A stretch of DNA of 64,000 bases from contig NMRA01000054.1 of the NCBI GenBank assembly GCA_002633005.1, forward strand, positions 807,674 to 871,673, written 5' to 3'. Positions 14,301 to 25,910 of this stretch are shown here, one piece after another; within the stretch, counting starts at the first letter, position 1, and every line of letters begins with the position of its first letter. The position numbers and the translations under genes were made by a program. The notes beneath the pieces were generated by a model, which had not been told where the DNA came from, did no database searches, and worked only from the letters and a program-made list of their open reading frames with translations. This stretch comes from Phoronis australis. Its lineage: Eukaryota > Animalia > Phoronida.

Positions 14301-14658
14301 CCCAAGACATCGCCGATATATTTACGAATGGTAATATTGCACAGGCACTTTGCTAGAACGAGTGCAAGCGCTATTGAGCTTTAACTATTCCATAGTTCTG
14401 TGGAGCAATTTCCTATGAATTTCAATCATTGAAATTCTAAGGAACTCATCAGAGATACTGTGATTATATTTTCAGAATGAGCTTCTAGCTCCGCCAGGAT
14501 TTGGTGCACACGGTGGGTGTGATCAAGGTTCTTTTTCAACTGCGAATGACGACACAACGTTAGACGGGTCAGAGCCCATACAGACTGAGACGTTGTACCA
14601 TCAGGTGATTCATGCACAGCACTTTAAAGCTGGTGCACACAATAGTGAAATTGGCCTT
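11304..14658. repeat. 1.68-kb near-identical tandem duplication (11304-12979 and 12981-14658), probably uncollapsed haplotypes
   Basis: Both copies run aaacttgtggacatccg...gtgaaattggcctt. They differ only by scattered SNPs and homopolymer lengths, and are joined by a single N at 12980. Confidence 0.95.
12461..12602. mobile_element. Short GC-rich MITE (CAG...CTG) with 5-bp TSD; duplicate copy at 14139-14281
   Basis: TIR CAGAGGCGGATCTAC / GTAGATCTGCCACTG, flanked by CCTGA on both sides. Confidence 0.8.
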
Positions 14659-14912
14659 TTTATGTCGGTAACAATATCTGGGCTGAGTTCCGTAGACGTA
14701 ACAACCTCGCGAAGGAAGCTAGTGTGATCATCTGCTTTGCTTGTAATGCATGGCGATATCTCGCAAAGTCTTGCGTCGTCTTTCGTTTTTGCGAGGTTCT
14801 GGCGTCTACGTAGCGCACGCCTTGTGTGGAATAACTTTCTTTCTGCTGCAAATGAACTTTTCCTACACTCCACTGTGCATGGGACGCCTCTCTTTATGAA
14901 TGGCAGTGTTAA

Positions 14913-16986
14913 AGGAGAATGTCACCCGATTTAATTAGTCTTTTTTACTGTCTTAATCGGTCTACAAACACATCACCTCGTATACGGTCGATATTACATC
15001 GCCGAGAGATGTCGCGTTAACCTGCGAGGAAGGTGAGAAACGACGCAGCGACGTCAGTGGTTCTTCTGCAGAGTGAGTGCCGCTATGGTGTGGTGTATCG
15101 TTCCCGCTTGTGCGAACTATGAAGCTGCGAGAAAAGCGGGTATATCGTTTTTTTTTGGATTTCCTCGAGAGCCCACATGATGCTTTGGAAGTGGATCGCG
15201 GTAATGAAGAATGAAAAGTACACCGTTAACACAAAGTATGAGGCCGTGAAACTTCTCCGTGTCTGTCAGTGGCCAGCATATCGTCGACAGTGATTTCGCT
15301 GACGATCAAATGCCGGCTTACCAAACAGCTCATGCCAGGGCAGAAAAAGAGACTGAGGCTGAAGTCAGGTGTTATAAATAATGTGTTTCCGTTCGACACG
15401 CAGGAGAAAAAGAAACGCGGATCGGTTGTTTAGTTTTTGATTATGGAGCATTGTAGTTGACCATGAAAGCATAAACAATTACAATTAATTCAAGGCATGA
15501 GAACATAACGTCTTATATGATGACTGACTCGTTCGTCAGTATTTTGGTTGGTCCTCTGTGTGTAGCATGTTTTCTTTTTCTCAGCAGCCTATAAAAACGT
15601 CGTAAGCACAACTCTGCTTAGATGCGGTGCAAATTTAGGATGGTCCGTGAGACTCATCTGCTCTTCTCCAAGAAGGCGTTTCACTTTCGGAATTTCGTGG
15701 CACCAAACGCAAGCGTCAGTTGTTTCCACTATCGTGACACCGTGACAAGTCATTCAAACGGTTTTCGGAGCTATCCATGTGTTCCATCGTCTGTGCACGT
15801 TCACGAGCCTCTCTGTTATTTCTTGATCAGTGTTTTCAGGTTCGAAGTGATAGTCTGTGAAACCTAATAATCGACCTGTGAAGTCTTATTCGGATGAGCA
15901 CTCGTCCAAGTCGAGATTGCGAGTTGCCACGTCGGCGTTTATTATTGTGCTTTCTATTTCAAAATGAATTATTCTCATCCTAACCAATGCTTATATGAAA
16001 CTGAAGCAAAGTCTGTCTCATTAGATACAACTTATAATGCCTTGGAATGTTCGTGAGTGCAAACGTTTTGAGAGGCCCGCAAAAATAAATCACTGCTTTA
16101 GCCCCTTTAGATGCAATAAACTAATTGACTAGGCACCGAGGCTTTGTGAGTTCATGCTAATTCAGTGTTTGCAGACAGAAAGCTGCTGCGAAACAATAAC
16201 TCGATTTTATATCCTATGGCTAGATGCTAGCTGAATCTTTATTTAGATATTCATATACACGTACATTATTCGAATCCTTGTTACTGTACAACTTTTGCCC
16301 TGACGGTTTTGTGGGAGGGTAACCCGACTTCGCGGCCCCCGACGAGCTAGTAATGCAGTTTCGCGGTTAATTCACCAAAACAATCACGTGCACATTATTT
16401 CTTGAGCTCACTAGTACAGTGTTTTCGCGACTGGAAGTTTAGTTTCCAACTTTGGCTGGTTTATGTTCGTGATGTCTTCAACTGTCCGGCCGTGATGGGC
16501 ATGATCAGGTTCCGAGCCACTGACCGGGATAGCAAGCGTTTTGTGTGTTTAGAACATAAACAACACACAGGTATGTTCTCTTGTCAGTATTTCACGGACA
16601 AATAATTCGAATTTAGCACCGAACAGAAACCAAACTCCCACGACCGACCTTGGTAAATTGACCAACCGAACTCTATAGGCTACGGTACGTTCAAATACCT
16701 AAAAATCCGTAACAGAGAAATAAAACAACACGTTTGTTCAATAACTCGATGTATTTGTAAGGGTTTTTACTGGTGTAAAACAATGAATTCAAGCTATAAG
16801 CTGACACCAGTAAGCGTGTTGTGAACTGCTGAACAGACTGCGTTCGAACCTCTGACGTCATTGGTTAATTTCAACACCTCCGTCTGCCGTCAGGTGTCAG
16901 GTAACAGAGCTGTACTTGTTGTTATCGAGTGGAACTACTCAATCTAAATTAATACAAAATAGGTTGTTTTTGGGTGGCATTTTCCT
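14913..16986 (+). mobile_element. Kolobok-like non-autonomous DNA transposon carrying a decayed THAP domain
   Basis: TTAA|AGGAGAATGTCACCC ... GGGTGGCATTTTCCT|TTAA (TIR 13/15 match, TTAA on both sides). TTAA target, RR...YY termini and a THAP ORF are Kolobok characters. Confidence 0.75.
15085..15395 (+). pseudogene. Frameshifted THAP zinc-finger (transposase N-terminus)
   Basis: MVWCIVPACANY...GISFF/FPREP/WKWIAVMKN...RVC/QH..DSDF...KRLRLKSGVINNVFPF: C2CH THAP pattern broken by frameshifts. Confidence 0.8.
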
Positions 16987-17487
16987 TTAACGTTTACAAA
17001 AAACAACGACTATGCATGTACATATGTATAACCATGCGTAACGGAATATCAACTATCGACACGATGTGGGTGTTTTGATTGTTGCCAAACTCTATAAGTA
17101 AACTACTGTGGCTGTAAATGCGTGGAAACGGATGTGATTTGATTTCTCCATACTATACATCTAACGATATATATACATGAACTAGAGTAATTAAGTTTTG
17201 CGATACAGTTAGTCGGTCAAGAGACAACAATTACGCAAAAAATGTCTAAAACCAGCAAAACTAATGGGTGATAAAACGTTTTTTTGTCTTTTTAGTTTCT
17301 AAAGTTAAGGTTACAAGTCCATGGATAGAAATAGTAAGTCCATTACCAACTGTTAAGTTCTTTGTTAAATGGTATCACTCTGTACGCGTTTCATTTCGTT
17401 TACAGTACTGTTCCAAAAGCAGAAAATGAACAGGACTTGTTTTTGTTTTCTCAGAGATTCCAAAGCGCACCTCACCAAAGTACAGTA

Positions 17488-20124
17488 ATGGGATTGGCGA
17501 ACAGTAAACACAAAGGTTTTGGTAAGAAGTCTAGTTTGTTATAGTTCATGAATGCCACGTTGATCTGCATAGATCATCTACAAGCAAGCTTTGTATTACA
17601 AATAAAACTTAAACGATAAACATTTAAGTATTCATGTTCCCCCACTCTTGGGTCCTTTTTGAAAGTCGTACATAAACATTAATCCATTTGTGACGTTGAA
17701 AATTGTTGACAGCACCCGTAGCATGTCGAATACAGTGTTTTTCTTTCAGGTTCTGCATATCACGAAGGTGTCCACTACCCAGGCTCTGAAATAAAGACGC
17801 CTCTCCCGGATTATGACGACGAGCCTGCTCTACAAAATACAGTGGTCAGTCAAATAGCTCCTCCGACGGAGTTTATGGACATTCCGCCGCCTCCGAACTA
17901 TCCAGCCCCATCTCCTCCGAAATTGTCAAATAGGTCATACTTACCAGAACGGTCTGCATCAATGCCGTCAATATATTCTGCTTTCCCGCACCAACAGTTT
18001 TACTATGACCCAGAAATTGCCCGCAGGATGTCGCTACATGTAATTCACGAAAACGCCTTACCCATGCAATATAATCCCTATGCTGTAGCTCCAGCGGTGC
18101 CATCACAAGGATACATATACCCTCCTCAGGGATATACGTACGGTCTTCAGCCAGGCATGTGTCAGCCACAATACCCGTATTTTCCTCCCGTTATTCCCCC
18201 TCCCCCGTCGTTCCAACCCCCATCTCCTCCTGTTCAAAGAGCTCATCAAGCGTCGACAGTGCACCCAACAGCGACGTCAGCAGCACCTGTGAAAAAAATT
18301 ACACCCCCTCCCCCGTCATTCACCCCACCACCTCCGCCATTGTGCACGCAGTCTTCAAATTCGCTCTACCAGAACAGTGGCGCTTTAATCCGAGACCATC
18401 AAGTTGGCGCACGAATGTCCAGCTCGGAGAGCTATGAAGCACTTTTGAAAAAATATAGCACGGACGCGCACGAGTTCCCACCTCCCCCACCAGCTGAGCA
18501 CCAAACAACACAACGTGAAAAGCAGGAAACTCAACAGCATGAACGTAAATCCTCACATTCAGAAAATCTGAAACCATCTGAAGCAACACCAACAACGGTG
18601 TCAACAGAGCCACCTATTGCGGAGCCTCAAACGCACTTTGATGCACCAGATGATCCGATTTACTCCACAATTCAAAACGTCGACGGTAAACCACAAACAG
18701 AATGTGTAGCTATTGAGAAAAAACAGAAGAATAAAAAAGATAACAAAAAGAAGGAAAAGACAGAAAAGGGTACATTAAGTAAATTTTTCGGCAAAAGGTC
18801 TAAATCAACGTCAAAAATCCCTGAAGTGTTCTCCGAAGCCCCCCCTCCTCCACCGCCTCCTCCTGCTGTGGCAGTACCTCCCCCGCCGCCACCACCTGTG
18901 TTGGAACCAACAGCCAAGAGTTCGTCTCACAGGTAATTGTGAGCAAAACTTAATACATTAAGTGAAAATGGTTACTTTTGCATGTGCATTCCATGCTCAT
19001 TCAAGTTACTTTGGCTTTACATTCAGAAAGCAACTCATTCAAATAACATGTTTTCGAACTGGCAAACCCCCGGAAGCGCTTTTCGAATGTTATCCACTGC
19101 AAGATACATCTTTGCGCAATACTAAATTAATTTATCAGTGTAGTCAAGATTTGAACACGAGTCTTACAAATGGGTATCTTCCTAAACTCAAACCGTTGAG
19201 CCACACTCTACCCTCAGCCCATTCGTGTTGTTTCCATAACGACCACTCCCACCTTTTCGTCAGCTCGTCTAGTCTATTTACAAAACAGCTTGAAGTATTA
19301 AAACTATCATGCACACAAAAACAAACATGTGATCCCTAACATATTTTTAAAAGAAATTTTTTGTTCGAGATTAATGAAATTTTAAAGTCTGTATTCCTCT
19401 TTTGAGCAGACGAAAGAGCGACGCTAACTCCAACACCCAATCGCCTCCCGGTGATTTGCTGGCAGAGCTGAGAGCTGCCAATGGCGTGACGTCGTTGAAG
19501 AAGTTTTCGCCGAATGCTGACGAGATTCACCGCCAAAGTGCTCTGCCATCATCAGCCGACGCCAGGTCAAGCCTTTTGGCAGAGATAAAGGCTGCCAATG
19601 GAATGAAGTCGCTTCGCAAACGCCCAGAAAGGAATTCAAATCGTGATTTGGACCTCGGTGACACTACAAACACCGCAAGCCCTAAACCAGTTGATTTACT
19701 TTCGGAATTAAAAGCTTCAAACGGGAAAATGTCTTTAAGACGCACTAAAAAACCTGCAAAGTGGGGTGCTGAATTAGGTTTGTCTGAAATTAATGAAAAC
19801 CCTGGACAGGCTGACGATGGAAAATCGGAAGAGGACCACGAACCTATATATCATGTGCCATTGAAGAAATCACAGGTATGATAAAGATATGAAATTATAT
19901 TAAGAGCCCAACGTTTTGAGCATCACTCTTACCTGTGCAGTGTTGACTTCCGACTTAACTTCCTCCTGCATTCTATCATATCTATTGCGAAATAGCATTA
20001 TACAATTTTTATCCACCTATGTCAGTAATGGCACCGGCTTTCAACATCTTTCTCAATTTTACATTTCTCTTGAATTTAGGTATGTATGTATGTATGCATG
20101 CGTGCGTGCGTGCTTGTCCGTGTA

Positions 20125-20167
<43 letters not shown>

Positions 20168-23100
20168 CCACGCATTCATACATACATACATACATACATA
20201 CAACATACATCCATGTATAAATAAGTAAAAGTTTACCTCTGCCCCATACAGATGTTTATTTGAATGTTTGTCAAAATGGAAGAAGGCAATATGCTCTTCG
20301 TCAAGCGAGTTTCGTACGAGTTTCACTTGAAAAGGCTAATATTTCGGGAGTAAACTCACGTCCTTACCATCGTGCACTAGTAAATTGGCCACCACTAAGG
20401 CATGAATGTTGATTTTTGGGACTAAACTGTTATTTCCATACGCGTTCCATTGGACTTTGCCATCATAGACAATGACAAGCCCTTTCCAGACTGATTTGCC
20501 GTAAAAATTACGCCAATTAACTTAGTACTAAAGGCTAGCTTTCACCTAACATACAGGCTATCCAATTGAGTAGTTTTCGAAATACGAAAGTCAGTATAGT
20601 CAGAAAATTAATGTACTTTAGTTTACGCGCATCCGTGTGCGTATTTGGCGGTCGGAACGATCCAAGAGATCCACAGGCCAAGATTTCTTCCGGCAAGTGT
20701 ATCGCCTGTGACTAGCGATATGAAACGCGCTCCAAGTACTTCGTATACAAGGACAGTGGTGTTTTCGGCTGTTTGATGCCCTTTTATGATATGGGGGTGT
20801 TTCCATAATCAAATTGAACTCGAAAGATGATGATATTAGGCTGTCAAACTAAGTAAAATCTCATTGGTTTTGATAATTCCATATTTTTCAATCACCATTT
20901 ACAGGCGACGTTTTGGGAAGATATAATTTTTTGTTCGTTTTTAGCACAACCAATCTTCTGAAGAGTCCAAAACAGAAGTGCCGACTTGGAAAAAGCAATT
21001 GTTGGCCAAGCAAGCTGCAGAAAAATTGAAGAAAGAGACGGAGAGTCAGGAAAAGGTGCAAATATATTAAAGATCACATTTCACGCTCTACACTTTGGGC
21101 AGTGCTGTGGTTTTGTTCATGTTGATTGATGTTTTTTATTTGCAAAGGAAATTAAATCCTGTTTTAACCAAAATTAAATTACGCTAGGTCAGTTAAAGCT
21201 TTCTAAAAATATGTTCTGTTACCCTCGTCAGTCTTCAAAAGTTTTACACAAGTTTGTAGACGGCGTACAAGGTCTGCTCAGGCGTGACAAACGAGTGAGG
21301 CGAGTTGATAGACCAACCAAGGGACTCACTTTTAAGCCACCGATAAAGTGTTTAAAACTGCATGTCCTCAGTATCTACCTGTCAAAAACGATAAATGAAT
21401 TAAGTCATTTAAGCTCATTAAATCTGTCTAACAACAAGGACATCAAAACCATCAGGGCCTTAAGAAAACTCTTTAGAGTTTATTGGGTTTGGACAACCCT
21501 AGAATCGCGAATTCGAAAATGGCCCAATCTACTCATTGCTTGTGACTTGAGTTGCCGACTCATTGGAAACAATTGAAACAATTAAAGATCGAATGAAAAA
21601 AATAATAAAATCAAGATCGAATGAGCACGTGATGTTTTGAACCCCAAACTACTTCGGTTTCGAATTCAACAATGCTGCTAAACAGCGGCATAATGACCCT
21701 TTAAACTGAATAATGCTTTGTTTTTAAATGCCAGAATAAACTGTGATTCAGTTAGAGACAGTATCAGTTTGAGTGAAATCGGTAAAACAAGGTTTAGCAT
21801 TTCTTTGAGAAATAATTGAACTGTTCTCATTAGGTCGCTTAACTCATCACAGGGTTCTTTCTCACAGGCGAAGGAACAAGCTCAGATACCGGTTTGGAAA
21901 AAAGCGTTGCTGGAGAAAAAAGCTGTTGAAGAAAGGTGTGTCATGTTTTTTATATTTTTGCGACAATAGGAGCTTGCGCGATCAAAAATAACGCGAATGG
22001 ATACCACAGTTTGGCTTATGTTCTGGTATCTTGTACGTGTATTTTTTCGCGTGTTTTTTGTCTAAAACCGAAAAACGTAAGCTTAACAAGTTTGGGTGGT
22101 AAACCGCAATCTGCTGCGCTGTAGCATAAAACTAGATTGCACAAGAAAGGTAAATCCGCTTTTAGTCACAAAGTGGGGGTACCAGTGGCGGATTTAGAGG
22201 GGGGCCAAGGGGGCCATGTCCCCCCCTAAAATTCTCCCAAAATAAATTTGGTAATTCGGGGTGTAAGTGTCTGACGGGCAAATTCCTGGCTAATACTCTG
22301 CCCCGCCCCCACTCAAAATTCTGGATCTGCCCCTGGTCAATGTTTTGCAGCACTAGCTGCAGCATAAAACAGACATTATGTAGTACGTTTTGTTTGAGTA
22401 GACTTGAGTACGTGCGGTCGAAATTAATAAAGTGTTTAACTCGAACCAGTCTTCAGTCTATCGTCGCACCGAAAGCTACTAAACACTGGTCAGCGATAAC
22501 CTGTGTCCACCCATCCACGGAGTAAACCGCGTGTTCATTGTAAAATCTGCAAACAGATGCGTGCCGACTAAGTACGTTTTCTGAATAAAACGGATAAAAA
22601 GACGAATATAGACGGCACACCCATATTAAAACCGCAATTGCTTGTTTTTTCTTTTTATTCTTTTATTCATATCACGACTGCAGTGCAATGAACGTAAGTT
22701 TTTCATAAGCTCATTCATTCACACATTCCGATGAGAAAACCAACCAGTTTCCTATCTTAAGAGTGCAGCGCACTTCAGACCAGACAAAAAGCCATAAATG
22801 GGTGATACGCCCTATGTCACGGATTTGAATCATACTACGCGTTGCAGTTTACTTTCTTATGTTATATTACTAAATGTAGTTTAAACAATTCCTACTCTGA
22901 TAAATAGTTTAACAGTCGGTTACATCAGTTTTCGCTCAAAATCAGTATCAAATTTTAACATGAAATCTCATTTTTTGTGGTATTGTAAAAATTATAGAAG
23001 CTGCTGGACAGTGAAATAGTTTGTGTTATGGATTAACTCATCCATGGTCTCAGTAATAATAATAAATAGAAATTGGAAATATTGCCTGAAATTTCTGAGG

Positions 23101-25910
23101 ATAACGGGGTCAAAGAAGCAAAAAACACAGAAAACTGATAACAATTCTTTACCCAGCATTGTGAACAACAATTTCTCGGAATAGCATTTCAAGCATTTTT
23201 ACATGACGATCCTTGGAAAGAATGCAAACTGAAACGCGACTATTGTAATGTCAGTTGAATTGAATGCAATCAACCTTGTGTAGTAAAAGAGAACGTCTGT
23301 GTACACATGTATTTATCGGATAACGATTCTTTACCCTGCATTGAGAACAACAAACTCCGAGGCACAGTTTTCAAGCATTTTTTCATGACGATTCTTGGAA
23401 AGAGTGTAATCTGAAACGCTACTGTTGTGATGTCGGTTGAATTAAATGTAACCAACCTTGCATGTATTTATCTGATGACGATTCTTTACTCTGCATTGAG
23501 AACAACAATGTCGACGCATAGTTTTCCATGCATTCTTCCATGACGATTCCTGGAAAGAACGCAAACTGACACGCTTCGGCACTCAGTAACAGGAGCATAG
23601 AATATGCGTTTGAAAAGTGCACTCGTCAGATATTGTCACTCAACAGGAGATGTTTGTATGCATTTTAGATGACTTTTATTCGCCGTTATTACGGAAATAA
23701 GAAAGTTCGTGATCTAGTTTTTGAAATAGGAACATTGTCGTGTCTCTCATTAATGTCGGGAAGGCAAAGAATTTTAGATCAAGCATCCACGAGTATTTGT
23801 CCAGTTTATAAAACTTTTTTTCACGCCGGTATTGCAGCCCTCAACACAACACTTAATACTTCGTTAGCATAGGAAGAACGAATAGAGTAATGCAACCGAG
23901 AAAAACTTGTTAAGAATCAAACAACAACAATGAACATGTGAAACTCCAGTGGCTCGAAAACGAGGCATGCCTGATGAATGTTTACGGCATTGTGAGTAAA
24001 TACTGCGAGATTCGAGTGTCGCTGTGTATTCCGGGACGGCCCTATTGCCACGAACCGCAAGTATATAGTACTAACTGTATGCTTTTAATTCTACTAGTTA
24101 TGTATGCTTTGACCGTACAGGTAATAGCGGAAAGCGATCGAGAAACAATCCTAATAAACTTCAACACGTGCATTATACTCAAGTAAATAACCCCGGCATA
24201 AATTCTGGAGTGATAGGCCTACACTTATTCAGTTCTGACAGTGGTGTTATTTTAAACTCGGGAGATGATTTGTGTGCGTCAAAATATTGCCCTTCGTTAT
24301 CCGTAGGATTCACAAAGGATTGTAGGTGATACTCAAACATTAAACTAAGGCCGTAAGTTATTTTTAGAAATGCTATTGCTTGAGAGAACGCTTGTTAACT
24401 GTCCCGCCGGATTTCGGTTGTAGCGCAGCTTAGAAAACTCTAAAAAATTTGCTCAGCTACTTTGAAATTTGAACACTCATCTTAGCCGCCGCTTACTTCT
24501 ATCCGAGCCAGTCTTGTCTTTTACGCTGGCATTTTCCTCCGCGATAATTCTACGTTTCAAACACTCACTGACGCCTTACTATGCGAGGCTACCTAACTTT
24601 ATAAGCACCTCCTCGTGATGGTCACGTGACACAACAACTCATTTCTCTGACTCCGGAAAGTGTGCAAAAAAGCCCATTAATTGGTCCAGTTTCATAAAGT
24701 TTACGTAAGCAGTGGCGGATTTAGGGGGAAGGGGCAAGGGGGCCATGGCCCCCCTAAAATTCTCCAAGATTGAATTTGGCAGCTCGGGGGTGGGAATATC
24801 TGCTCTGGGCCTCCCTAACTCAAAATCCTGGATCCGCCCCTGTTTCTGGATAACCTAAACGCACGAACGGTAGCACGACATTAATTTTGTCCTGAAAGAA
24901 TTAAAGAGATGTTATCGGTTTTACGCATTATTGTTGTTTTTGTCATTCAGTAACAGTCGTTAATTCTCACCGTTGTCTGCCAGACATTACGTTACAACTT
25001 AGATACCCTCACAGGAAGTTACTTCCTCGCCGATAATGTTTCTTTAATAACCGCTAATTTACTTTACACATTTTTTAGGAAGTTCATGAATGTCTATCTA
25101 TTGGCAGTTTTGAAAAGCAGGTGGTTGAAACTCACAAAAATCTCTAGTTAAACAGTCAGCCAGTCATCTCCTTAAGGAAATTAAACATGCCTACTTTTAC
25201 TGGTTGACACTGCTTCCGTGTAGGTTTTGTAATAATTTGTCCATTTTCCCCGAATGGCAAAAGCTTACGCGCGTATACATACCCTTCAGTTTATACTCGG
25301 CATTGGCCTATGTTTTTCAAAAACAAGTATGTCACATAACGACAAGCATGTCGCGTAGGTTAAAACACAACGAACTCTGGCAGATTTAGGATGTCGCAAG
25401 GGGGCAAACACTATTTTCAAAGGACAAAGTCGGCATACGCGTTGAAATGCTGTGCTCTTTTTCTTTAGGTAGTGTTCGCCACGCCACCAGCCTCTCCCCT
25501 CCCCTGAATCCGCCTGTGGCGAATCGAGAGAGGATTCAGAACTTGAATTTTCTGTTCCGGTCAGTCCCACCGCGGAACAGAGAACTCTGGCGGTCAAACT
25601 GATAAACACCACTAGGGGCTGCTATCGATATAACCAGGAATAGAAGAGATCTCTTCCTGGTATAAGGAGAAACAAAACATTGAGCCTGTTAGTGTTGGTG
25701 TGTAGAAATATTTATCTAACTCTGTTAGATAAACCTGGGTCTCAGTGACTGACATTGTTAATTCATTACAGCAAACATGGCTCACAAGAGGGCTCTACTG
25801 ACAACAGCGCGGACAAGAAGTCCCTCGGAGATGACGAAGAACGAAACAACAGTGGCGAGAAACTAGCACCTTGGCAACTGGAGCTGAGGAAAAAGAAAGA
25901 CACTGATTAG
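17488..25910 (+). CDS. ESPN: Espin/forked-family actin-bundling protein (proline-rich, 3x WH2, C-terminal actin-bundling module), ~666 aa from this ATG
   Basis: Exons 17488-17521 (acceptor at 17455), 17750-18932, 19410-19875, 20945-21055, 21868-21935 and 25772-25910 splice in frame (2001 nt). Espin-type motifs: PPPPNYPAPSPP, PPPPSF(Q/T)PP, WH2 LLAEIKA, and three Trp motifs VPTWKKQLL, IPVWKKALLEKK and KLAPWQ near the C-terminus, matching espin IPEWKRQ / MPAWRRD / KLAPWQ. Confidence 0.9.
20080..20201. repeat. Compound microsatellite (TATG)n-(TG)n-(CATA)n
   Basis: Directly visible. The outer arrays are reverse complements of each other. Confidence 0.95.
21502..21672. repeat. Dispersed repeat fragment, diverged second copy at ~50070-50205
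   Basis: Shared GAATTCGAAAATGGC.CAAT...TGTGACTTGA..TGCCG.CTCATTGG.AA...AACCCCAAA in the same orientation. Confidence 0.65.
22183..22334. mobile_element. CAGTGGCGGAT-type MITE (hAT-like termini)
   Basis: CAGTGGCGGATTTAG...CTGGATCTGCCCCTG. Same family as 24710-24842. No clear TSD. Confidence 0.75.
23136..23575. repeat. Diverged tandem repeat, ~3 units of ~155-180 bp, intronic
   Basis: Unit core A(A/G)TTCTTTAC...GCATTG.GAACAACAA...CATGACGAT.C.TGGAAAGA...CTGA.ACGC occurs three times. Confidence 0.85.
24710..24842. mobile_element. CAGTGGCGGAT-type MITE (hAT-like termini)
   Basis: CAGTGGCGGATTTAG...CTGGATCCGCCCCTG. Interior is similar to 22183-22334. Confidence 0.75.

Noticed and set aside
17873-19745. 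Several antisense or shifted ORFs over the espin exons
   Set aside because: Shadows of GC-rich proline-coding sequence.
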